Assembly: GCA_951406725.2 (NCBI GenBank)
Contig: OX597818.1
Location: forward strand, 11,346,001-11,410,000
DNA: 64,000 bases
Direction of reading: 5' to 3'
DNA from: Octopus vulgaris
Taxonomy: Eukaryota
This document shows positions 53,026 to 64,000 of this stretch, piece after piece. The notes beneath the pieces were generated by a model. It was not told where the DNA came from and ran no database searches. It saw only the letters and a program-made list of their open reading frames with translations. Made by a program: the position numbers and the translations under genes. How positions within the stretch are numbered: position 1 is the stretch's first letter; every line of letters begins with the position of its first letter.

Positions 53026-56000
53026 ATTAGAGTTAACAGTTCTATCTAAATTCTTCCATTGCGCAATATACACACATTGGTGTACAATTGTGTTTACACT
53101 TATATATATAATTTGCATCCACACACTTCACAGTTACAAAAACATTGAACTTATGAATGAATAGAAATTTGTGCTATCTTGTTAAATTAGGTATGCTCAA
53201 AGTGGATATTGCTTTAGAGAAAGAGTTGTTTGTTCATGTAACATAAGTGATTTAAAAATAGCTGCAGGTGTAAGAGTGTTCCATTCCTATGGACAGTCAG
53301 ATCTTGAAAAAAGTTATTCCACAGATTCTGATTTAATTTCAATTTCAATGAGCTTGTTCATAAAAATGGGGTTAAGTTAGGTTGAGAATACTGGATGAAA
53401 GACTAAACTTCAAGGTGGATAGTGCTGAATAGTTTCACACAGTTGTATGTTTGTATATTTGTTTACAAAATACATCCTTTACATTTTCAGAACCTTATAT
53501 CAGAAACTATTTAATTAAAAAAACAATTGTTGACAGCCAGAAAGAATCAAGAATTGATTTCCTTATTTGAAATATATTCCTTCATTGTATTTGAGTACAT
53601 ATCACAAGGCTAACAAGGAAAAACAGTTAATTTCTTATGTTATTGTGTTGTTTTGCTCTTCTTCTTTTTTTTCTGGTTGAATCAAGTTGTAGAAATTTGC
53701 TTTTAATTTGTATTTTTGCAATGGAAACTTTGAAATTTACTTTGAAGAGTTCAGTAATACACATAAACTCATACAACAAATTATATATGCATATATATAC
53801 ATATATATATGTATGTATGTATGTATGTGTGTATACACACATATACAAACATACTACATACACTTTGTCACGTTTTACAACCATTTTTACATTTAGAATT
53901 ACTCATCAGGTTAATTTATGTAAAGCATTATATATTTTTCTTTTTCTTGTTAACAATTAACTTGTTCATGACATTCTTTGGAGACATTTAACTTGCTTTT
54001 TTCCATTTCTTATTCACTTTCTGTTAAAGTTTCTACAATTTTATAATACACTGTTTCAAATTAAATGTCTCACACTACACAAACCATATGTAAGTTGGTC
54101 ATTCCTACCTCACCTTCAGCAGTTATAAAAGTATTGGTTTATCTTAAGTAGTATAAAGACTTAAGTTGATAGATTCACAAGAAAATCTAATTTTTCAAGT
54201 TAAATTACATAGAACAAGTTTATATTATAAGAAAATGTCCATCTGTCTAATAGTCTGGCAACATTCTTCACCAACACTACAACCATTTACCAGACAATTT
54301 CCTCTGCACCTCCTCTGCCTCTTCTATTTTTATAACAAATATAACATTGGTTTCTGCTCCTCTGAACTTACTGACCATGTACCACTCAACCATTTTACTC
54401 AACTCTACTGTATTCTTTCCCACAAGACCTGATAATAAACTACATATTCCTATCTTTCTTCAAAACTCTCTCTCTCTCTCTCTATCTCATATTGTGAATA
54501 TAATAACGTAGGATTTCTAAATCTCACAAAGCTGCCTGTTTTTCCCAGTCTATAATGTTCTAAAAGTGCTTTAGGTGCAACTTTTCCATGTCAAAATAAT
54601 TTACAAAAAAAATTAAAATAGAACAAAATCAATATAGCATAAAAAATTAGCTACTATAATCAATTTTTAAAAAACTGAAAATTTTTTGGCAGGTGAAATA
54701 AGTTAATACAAAACCTAAATGTTTCATGTTCTATAATTAATTAAAGTTATTTTTATTATGGTATGGCAGTCAGATATCTCTCTCTTTAATTTATTTTTTT
54801 CTATATAATTCCATTCTTTGAATTTACTGTTTAAGTTATATGAGTTGTCTTTTGCAGAAAATAGGAATTAATGTATATTAAAATATGTTTGAAAACATTC
54901 TGTTAGTAACAATATAGGTAACAGTTATACCATAGTTATGAGGCTTGAAAATTTATTTATTAACACTTCACCCAACATTTTGGAATTGCTATTTTACTGT
55001 TTGAAAGATAATATCATGTTTCAGGACATGGGTGATGCAAATATCATCTCATGCCCTACTAGGGCAGAATCTCTCTATGTAGCATAGCTGGAAAAAGTTT
55101 TGTTCAGATTCTTATCAACAAACTGTAGAAGTTGGCTATACATGAAAGGGCAGTAAGAGGCACTGTGACTTCTAGTGTATGACTTTTTACTAGTGTTTAT
55201 TGATTATAATTACGGTATTGAAAATATTTGCTCATCTTGTAGAATAGCCCAATTTTTACCAGTTCTTCAAAATTGGTACTCAATTTTGTGAAATGTCACA
55301 ATGTCATACTTTAATATAACTAGCTGTGGAACAATGAGAAATGTATCTGTATTTCATATTCATGATAGAGATAGAACCCAGTTCACTTGCAGAATTAATT
55401 TCCAACTGGAAATCTGGGTGATTCTACATGAGAGCCATATAATCAAATGTTAGGCTATTTTAATATAAAGGATTTTTTTTTGTTTTTTTTTCTGTTATAA
55501 AACAGATTTTCATCATTTTAAAGAAACTGCTTTACTTTTCAATAATTATCAATGGTTTCTATGCCAACCCAGAAATTCTTTGCTATCTACCATTGGCTTC
55601 CACTAACACCTCACTTCCTTATCTATCTCTATTTCTAGCTGACCTTTGTTGACCTCGACCTGACCAGGAATGTCTCCTCAGTTGTCTCTTTTCTGGATAC
55701 CTATTTAACAAGCACAACTGTGTCTCTCCACAAGGCAGATTCTTCTCACTTACTCACACCTACCACACAAGCCAACACTGACACCTTCCTCCCCACTGCT
55801 AGCGCAGATAGTATATGTAAAGCATCTACTTCTCGTGGCACACAAACAACTAGAAATAGTTCTTTACCTATCACATCACCTTTCACCCACTATCACTGCT
55901 TTGCACTCAGCAAAGACTTTCAATAATTCCCAGCCTAGCTGCACTATGCACTCTTCATTATCTACTGCTGCAACTAAGCTTTCAGGTAGATGTCACTATC

Positions 56001-58749
56001 TCATTCCCTGTCCAAAAGTATTTGATATTCACAAAGCCAACCATGTAGATCTTATATATAAAAATTATTGCATATGATCATTATGGTAGACTATGAAATA
56101 TAATAGTTCTCAGTTTTCAGTTCTAGTTACTTTGTTTTATGCTTTTTTTCCCTTTTTTCTTTTCTTTTTTTCACAAAACATCAAGTGAAAAGAAATCGTA
56201 TAAAGATACCATGGATGACTAAGTCACACATTAAAATGATAGAGCTGCTATTGCTATATGCTTCATGATATCACAAAGTCTTTACTATAACTTTGAATTT
56301 TGGAATTTTCTTTCAGATTTTCTGTGTTTAGAGTTATATGAGACTTCACAAGTGGTTTGAGTTCTACAAGAAGAAAAGAAAACAAATTATTGAATGTTTA
56401 AAACTATTGATTTATAGATATAGTGTGTCTGCAGACTACAAGTAACCTATCATCTCCACTAAAATTACAAGATTTTTCCTTTTTAACTTGCCGATAGCTA
56501 TAAGAAGTTTTGTATTAATGTAATCAAGACATTTTTTTTTCCTATTGTATAAACTAAAATATATGACAGCTTTTGTGACACAGACTTGTCATTAATATAA
56601 AAAATATATAATATAGACAAATAAAATATTTTAATCTGAGTTTTGTCTTTCCACTATAACATAATTATACATAATATTATCTAAAAGTATACATTTTAAG
56701 CAAATTCATTATCTAATATAGAACACTTGGCAATTAGTTCTTAGAATCAGTCAAAGTTATCCCCTAAGCTATCAAGAGAAAATGATTTCATAATGAGGCA
56801 AGTAATGAGGAATCTAGGAAATAACTGGGTAATTCTGGAGGTGCTTATTTATTATTTACTTTGAAATCTATGTTAAATATAATTGGATAGAATTGTGTTC
56901 CTATTACCAATTTGCTTTCAACCATTTGAAGTTTGTTCATTTAGATAACATTAATGATGTACAAGGTGAAACTATTTTAGAACCGAATACAGATATTGAT
57001 ATTCATTTTTGTTTTTATGCTTCTTCTAAGATTCATCAATAAGAAATGCTTTTACTTCTTTTCCTTAATCACAAATCATCAAATATAAAGATAGATAACT
57101 TTACCTTGATCACAAACAAAATGATAAACAAAAAGAAATTTCTATTTTTATTAATAGTTGCCTTAATCATAAACTTATATGAAACATTGCTTTTGGGTTT
57201 ATCTTGATAAAAAAAATCAATAGGTATAGAAATTTTAGTATGATAACCTTTAGCCCCAGATAAGCAATATAATCAAGAGATCAAAGAATATTTCCTATAT
57301 TTGAATTATTTGGAGAGCTTGTGTTTAATTTAAGTTTCTATAGCATTTAGCTGATCGGAGACAGCATTTGCTCCTGGATAAGATTGCAGTCTATTACAGA
57401 CAAATTCTCTAAAAAGCTCTGGTTTCTATTATTTAAACTAGTTGGAGCTAAATGTATAAAGTGTCTCATCCAGAAACACAACAAAATGCCTCACAAGCCA
57501 GGAATCAATACACTATCTTCACCACAAATCAGTTAATGTAGAAATTTTCTATTATAAACTTTATGCTCTGATAAGCAGCAATAATATATAATCCTTAGAA
57601 AGATATCTTAAATCCCACATGAGCTCATATAATATATTTCCCTTTAATGCAGTCTTGACCTTTTAACCATAGGCATAGAAATGTTACTATTGTAAACGTT
57701 ATCCTCATAAAACTGATATAATACATTGGCCTTTATATTGGCATAACCTTAAATCAATATTTTGAGAAATTTGCTATTATAAACCTTACTTTAAATCACA
57801 GATGAACTGATACACTTTGGATTTTCAACTATATTTCATTTGCACATTACATTTAAATATTGTATTCTATAAACAGTATACATCTATCTGACTCATTGCT
57901 TTAAATGACTCGCAAATTCAACATATGCATATTCAAAAATTTCTTCCTAGCTTATTAATTTTTTTCTCTTTTCCTTTTATTTGTTTTATCTGGGGTTTTT
58001 TAACTTTAAATTCTTAGTACTGCCACCACCACTATCTTATATTCATTTTCTAATTTGATTTGATTCCACATAATCATTCCATTTCAATTAATCTTGCAAT
58101 TTCGAAACTTATCTTCAGCATATCTTCTGAAGGTCACAAATGTTCCCATTAAAGAGCTTAATTTCATTTCTTAAGCCAAATTTTATTATCTTTCTTGTAG
58201 ACTGGCACAGCTTAATTTTCTATACTCAATGATATAAAGACAGAAAAATAAATTAAAAAACAAACTAAAAATTACATTTTTTGACATCAAATTTCCAAAG
58301 TCAGCTAATTCCATAGAAAGTAATTAAAATATACATTTGATTCTAATGTAGGCTATTAAGAACAAATTCTTTATGAGTTATATAAACAGATTTGTGGGGG
58401 TTAGATAAGAAAATGTTTTATATATATTGGCTATCCAGACGATGTCTAGAATTACATATTAGCTTTTGTATGTGTGTGTGTGTGTGTGTCCACACATGTG
58501 CATTTGTGTTTGGGGGGAATCTTATTACCAAGGCTAGTGTTATTGACATAGTTTAGAATCCAAACTACTTGCAATACCATATTTAAAGTTCATTGGTTCC
58601 AAGTTCTGAGTCCATACCTTGCAGAGAGGAATCAGTTTGGTTTTCATCTTAGTATAATTGAAATAACTAATAGTTAAATACTGTGGTTGACTGAGTGTTC
58701 TATACAGCCCCTCACTCTTAAGCATATTAGTTTTCTTACTAATTTGGTT

Positions 58750-58939
58750 TTGTAGTAAGAAATTTGCTTCCCAACCACATGGTTCCAGGTTCAGTCCCAA
58801 TGCATTGTACCTTGAGCAAGCATCTTCTTCTATAGCCTTGGCTGACCAAAGCCTTTTGAGTGAATTTGGTTGATAGAAATTGAAAAACTGAAAGAAGCCT
58901 GTTGCACATATATGTATGTCTTTATATATGTGTGTATAT

Positions 58940-58980
<41 letters not shown>

Positions 58981-59192
58981 TGTGTTTCTGTTTGCCCCCT
59001 CCTCAACTGCTTGACAACTGGTGTTGGTGTGTTTACATCCCAATCACTTGGCAGTTTAGCAAAATACACTGATTGAATAGTACCAGGCTTTAAAAAAATT
59101 AGTACTGGGGTCAATTAATTTAACTAAAATTCTTCAAAGCACTGCCCTAGCATGGCCTTAGTCTAATGACTGAAGCAAGTAAAAGATAAAAG
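58750..59192 (+). mobile_element. SINE family A, full length
   Basis: CCAACCACATGGTTCCAGGTTCAGTCCC head, TA array, tail ..AATGACTGAAGCAAGTAAAAGATAAAAG. Confidence 0.85.
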
Positions 59193-59737
59193 ATACTTAT
59201 AATGCTTTAGCCCACTCTGATGAGGTAGAATCATTAGGGAGTCAATCAAAATGCTTTGTTTTGTTCTGGCTCTTTACAGTGTAAGTTCAAATTTGGCTGA
59301 GGTGAACTTTATCATTCATTGTTTTGCAGTTGATAAAATAAAGTACCAGTCTATTGGTGTCTTGCACTTTGTTCCAGCTTTTATTGTTCTCAGTTTGCCT
59401 GGCTACCAGCCTTTGCCTTACCCATGTGCAACAGCAACAGAATAGAGAACAGTGGCCTACAAGCTTAGGTAACTGCTGGTCTCCTGTTAAAACTAAAAGA
59501 AAACAAAACTTTGCTCCAGCCTGAGCCATGGAGAGAAACTTTTCCAGGTGTAGATACATGATCAACATGGACCAAGTGAGGTCACAGATTATAAATGATG
59601 ATAATGTCTTTATTTTTACCACTTGGACTACTTGGTTAGAGAAAAACCACTGAACAAATTCATCCACTGTTGCTGTTGTTGGTCACAGGGTTTGTGGAGA
59701 GAGCTACAGAATGTGGGGAAGGAAGTAAGCCTATATG

Positions 59738-59778
<41 letters not shown>

Positions 59779-60124
59779 GTGTATTTAAGTCAATGTATGA
59801 ATTCGAGTAATCCAGTAGTGCTCATAATAAAAGCTCTTTAATGTATCATTGTGCAAACCATATAGAATATATAATAATATACAAGAGAAAAGGATAAGGA
59901 GTATATAAAGTCATTAATGATAGAGAAATATTTAGATGAACTTTTATTTAACAAAAGAAATATCCAAATATTCACAACAAAAATTTATGCAAATAACTTA
60001 AATTGTCATATTTAATAATGAATAAATTACTTATATGTCTGCATTATTGCAAAATGCAAAAACTCATTTAAAATAACACAGAAGTATATATTATGTCTTA
60101 GCAACTGAGGCTGTATTAATACAG

Positions 60125-60276
60125 AGAGGTAATATTTATGCCCACTTAAATGTGAATGTTCAGTTAGGGAAAATTATAACTAGACCAATCCATGACAGTT
60201 TCTCTCATGGTATCTTCCACAGTATAGTTTGTCCTAACAGAACACCCATGTTTAGGTGGGCATAAATATTACCTCT
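60125..60276. repeat. Foldback element with ~54-bp arms abutting a TA/TATG array
   Basis: AGAGGTAATATTTATGCCCACTTAAATGTG.. versus ..CATGTTTAGGTGGGCATAAATATTACCTCT. Confidence 0.9.
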
Positions 60277-60280
60277 AAAG

Positions 60281-60301
60281 ATATATATATATGTATGTAT
60301 G

Positions 60302-60356
<55 letters not shown>

Positions 60357-60511
60357 ATATATGTATGTATGTATATATATATATATATGTATGTATATAT
60401 ATATATGTATGTATATATATATATATATGTATGTATATATATATATATGTATGTATATATATATATGTATGTATATATATATGTATGTATATATATATGT
60501 ATGTATATATG

Positions 60512-60543
<32 letters not shown>

Positions 60544-60647
60544 TATATGTATGTATATATATATATGTATGTATATATATATATATGTATGTATATATAT
60601 ATATATGTATGTATATATATATATGTATGTATATATATATGTATGTA

Positions 60648-60680
<33 letters not shown>

Positions 60681-61005
60681 ATATGTATGTATGTATGTAT
60701 ATATGTATGTATGTATATATGTATGTATGTATATATATATATGTATGTATGTATATATGTATGTATGTATATATATATGTATGTATGTATATATATATGT
60801 ATGTGTATGTATGTATAAATGTATGTATATATATGTGTATGTATGTATATATGTATGTATGTATATATGTATGTATGTATATATATGTATATATATGTAT
60901 GTATATATATATATATGTATTTATATGTATGTATATATATATGTATGTATGTATATATATATGTATGTGTATGTATGTATATATATATGTATGTATATGT
61001 GTATG

Positions 61006-61057
<52 letters not shown>

Positions 61058-61180
61058 TGTATGTATGTATATATATATATATTATTTATATGTATGTATA
61101 TATATATGTATGTATATATATATATATATATATTTATATGTATGTGTATATGTATGTATGTATATATATATACATATATA
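60281..61180. repeat. ~900-bp compound (TA)n/(TATG)n microsatellite
   Basis: Direct reading; source of the 300-aa spurious ORFs. Confidence 0.97.
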
Positions 61181-61235
61181 AGCAATAATAAATCTCTGAA
61201 CGCAGTGTAAACAGTAGCTGCACGACAATGTGAAG

Positions 61236-61378
61236 TATATTTGCCATTTAAATGTGGCTAACAACTAAGGGTGGATGCTACTGCAGCTTGTAGGTAGCTG
61301 GAGAAGATGTTCTCCTAGGGCTACAAGCTGCAGTAGCATCCACCCTTAGTAGTTAGCCACATTTAAATGGTAAATATA
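61236..61378. repeat. Near-perfect hairpin, 58-bp arms (56/58 complementary), 27-nt loop
   Basis: 61236-61293 is the reverse complement of 61321-61378; ends in (TA)n. Confidence 0.95.
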
Positions 61379-61419
61379 TATATATATAAATAGACAGGAT
61401 GTTTTTAAGTCTCATCTAG

Positions 61420-61700
61420 GGACATTAAACCACACTCAGTCAGGGAACCATCAGCACTAGACTTCCTAGGAGGATATCTCAGTCAATTGTTGTCTCTTAT
61501 TAGCTGTCACATATTAAGAATAAATAACATTTGCTTTTCCATGGTGGAATGGGCTTGGACAGAGTGTTATCAAAGGCTGTTCTTGTCAACCCTTGTGTGT
61601 CTCAAGGAAGCGAGTTCTTTATTCCAGCAGGTCTTTGAATGCACAGAATGATTGGTCATGATGTCAATATCAGCACCGCTTTACTCAAGTGGTGACAAGT
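61420..61700 (-). mobile_element. Decayed Penelope-like GIY-YIG fragment
   Basis: SKTCWNKELASLRH..NTLSKPI..TID*DIL resembles the PLE consensus FK.R..H..SFRH..T.LS.HIW..I.W.IL. Confidence 0.4.
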
Positions 61701-62004
61701 GTGGAAAATAAACATTCTCATGTATATAACACTCTCACGAATATACTTACTCATACATACAGACATACATGTGTATGTGTGTATATATATATAATATGGC
61801 AGGCGGTGAGCTGGCAGAAACATTAGCACAATCCCTTTGTCTGTCCTTATCCCCATGTTTATGTGGGCAGTAAAGAAATATATATATATAATACATACAT
61901 CATATATATATATATATATAAACAATAAGCATGCATTATATATATATATAATATGCATGCATATATATATATATATATATATATATAATTGTTAATTTAA
62001 TGTA

Positions 62005-62047
<43 letters not shown>

Positions 62048-62779
62048 TATGCATTTATAATATATATGTATGTATATTATGTATGCATACATATTAATGA
62101 ATATGCGTGCATATCCAATATCAAATATGCACACACATACACATGCACATGTTCACAACTATATAATCAATGAAATTCATACTTGTTAAAGGTAAAGAAA
62201 TAGATAAACATGTAACACGGGAAATGAATATTATGTGGTTATAGATTATCACTATATTTCATGCATCATGTGCAGAGGTAGCGGGGAGAGGGGAGGAAGA
62301 GGCAATTGCATTTATGTGTGCGAGAAAGAGAACTTTGCTTTTAAACTGAATACATAGCAATAAAATTAATGTTCCAATTTCTCTTAGATAACTTATTTCA
62401 GTGATGATCGAATAAAGGAATATGTGTATGTTTGTGTGTGTGAGTGTACACATATTTGGAAATATTGAAAACTCTTACAGCTTGCCATCTCTTCTTCATT
62501 GTGCAAGGTGGTTATATTTTGCTGTTTTTCTTTCTTTAGGATATCAACTATATCACATCATTGCCATCGCTTGAAAAAAAGAAATGTTGGCTATCCCAAT
62601 TGCCAGTATACTGACTTACAGATGTTACTGGAAAGCATGTGTTCCAATACCTTTGAAACAATACATCTCAAATATATAAGCTGATAATGTTCTGTTATCT
62701 TTTCCTTCTATCTTTATATATTTTGAAAATTATTTTCCATCATTGCCCTGGTTTGAATATTGAGCATGATTTATATATA

Positions 62780-62990
62780 TCATCATCAACAGCATTTAAT
62801 ATCTATTTTCTATGCTGGCATGGGTTGGATAGCTTGACAGTAACTGGCAAGGCCAGGGGCCACACCAGGTCCCATTGTCTTTTTTGGCTTGGTTTCTATG
62901 GCTAGATGTCCTTCTTAATGCCAACCACTCTAGAAAGTGTACTGGGTGCTTTTTATGTAGCACCATTACCAATGGTTTTTACGTGACACC
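62780..62990 (-). mobile_element. SINE-like family D
   Basis: CATCATCA..TGCTGGCATGGGTTGGA..TTCTTAATGCCAACCACT..GGGTGCTTTTTA; another copy runs off the window end at 63850-64000. Confidence 0.8.
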
Positions 62991-64000
62991 TATACACACA
63001 CAAGCATACTTAAATATAAAATGAACTCTTCCATTAACTTCAATGTATAAGAGCCCAACAGCCTTTTTTTTTTTGCTCTTAGGTACACACACAGATGCCT
63101 TTTTTCAGTAATGAAGGCTTATGTAGAACCAGTCATAGTTTTTTGAATTAGAAGGTTTGTGCAAATGTTTGCCACAAACTCAATGAAAAATATACTTCAG
63201 GCTTTTCTGTTGGAATTCTCCATCTCCTGTGTTAGTTGCTTTCACCACAGTTTAAAATCCAGTTTACCCTGGCAGGCTAAATATGTATTTGGGTACCAAA
63301 CCAGAAATTTCCACATATATTTATGCACATATATCAAATAAATGAATGACCATTGACTCTTGTGAATACTTTTGACAGGTCTTGTTTTTCTTCCTGCAGA
63401 GTGTCCAAAATCTCCCCTACACATCAAGCAGGCATGCTGGGTTATGTGTTACCTGTAGCACTGAAGAGCAATCTGACATTATACTAGGTGGGCCAAAAAT
63501 CACGCAAAAAAAAGTTCGATACACTCTGGAAGTGTCAAAGACATGCTTCAATTTTCCTAAAATTATTGAATAAAATAAATAAAATAATGATGAATACACA
63601 CATACTTGTACATGAATAACAAAATTAATAATAATAATAATAGCATAATATTAAAAAAATGTCAAATGTTTTGGTGCGTAACTTTTAGCCTATGTTGTAT
63701 AGATGTGTGTATTTATATTTGGCATAGACATTCCCCTGTGACTTTAAGCTTTATGATTGCTCAATCTATTGGGCAATGCTTAACTTTCATAGAAACCTAC
63801 TATAATCCAAGATTGCACTAGAGCCTTATCATTATCACTATTTATTTGTATGTTTTCTTTGCTGGTATGAATTGGATAGTTTGACAAGAATAGGCAAGTC
63901 AGAAGACTGTGCCAAGCTCTACTATCTGTTTTGTCATGGTTTTTTAGGTGGATGCCCTTCCAAACACCAATCACTTTAGAAAGTGTACTGGGTGCTTTTT

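Noticed and set aside
55600-56080. Trace of a PLE RT-like motif (VSFLDT)
   Set aside because: Single short motif, too decayed to support a call
60205-61210. 300+ aa ORFs on both strands (and many similar YIYI/CVCV ORFs elsewhere)
   Set aside because: Translations of TA/TATG/CA microsatellites that lack stop codons; no coding signal
63100-63490. Exon-like segment (CAG..TAG|GTGGGC) or hAT transposase remnant
   Set aside because: Two incompatible weak readings; neither is supported by clear motifs

Overview
AT-rich eukaryotic, essentially non-coding DNA. The dense (TA)n/(TATG)n/(ATT)n microsatellites and the SINE families resemble an octopus or other coleoid cephalopod genome (inference from repeat content, not verified). 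No intact protein-coding ORF is present; almost all listed ORFs are microsatellite artefacts. Real content: several tRNA-type SINE families; decayed LINEs (RTE, R4/Dong-like RLE, CR1-like); Tc1/mariner/pogo remnants and MITEs; and a cluster of Penelope-like retroelement (PLE) relics. The PLE cluster includes a near-full-length decayed Neptune-like RT + GIY-YIG element at 22.8-25.9 kb, a second truncated PLE folded into a 760-bp hairpin, and several type-I hammerhead ribozyme motifs (best at 21242-21316 and 30389-30440). Short foldback elements abut (TA)n arrays, and one has a 12-bp target-site duplication. A few small + strand candidate exons, including a 21-nt microexon with a neural-type 3' splice site, suggest the window lies in introns of a large unidentified gene. 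Boundaries of decayed elements are approximate, and all alignments were done by eye.
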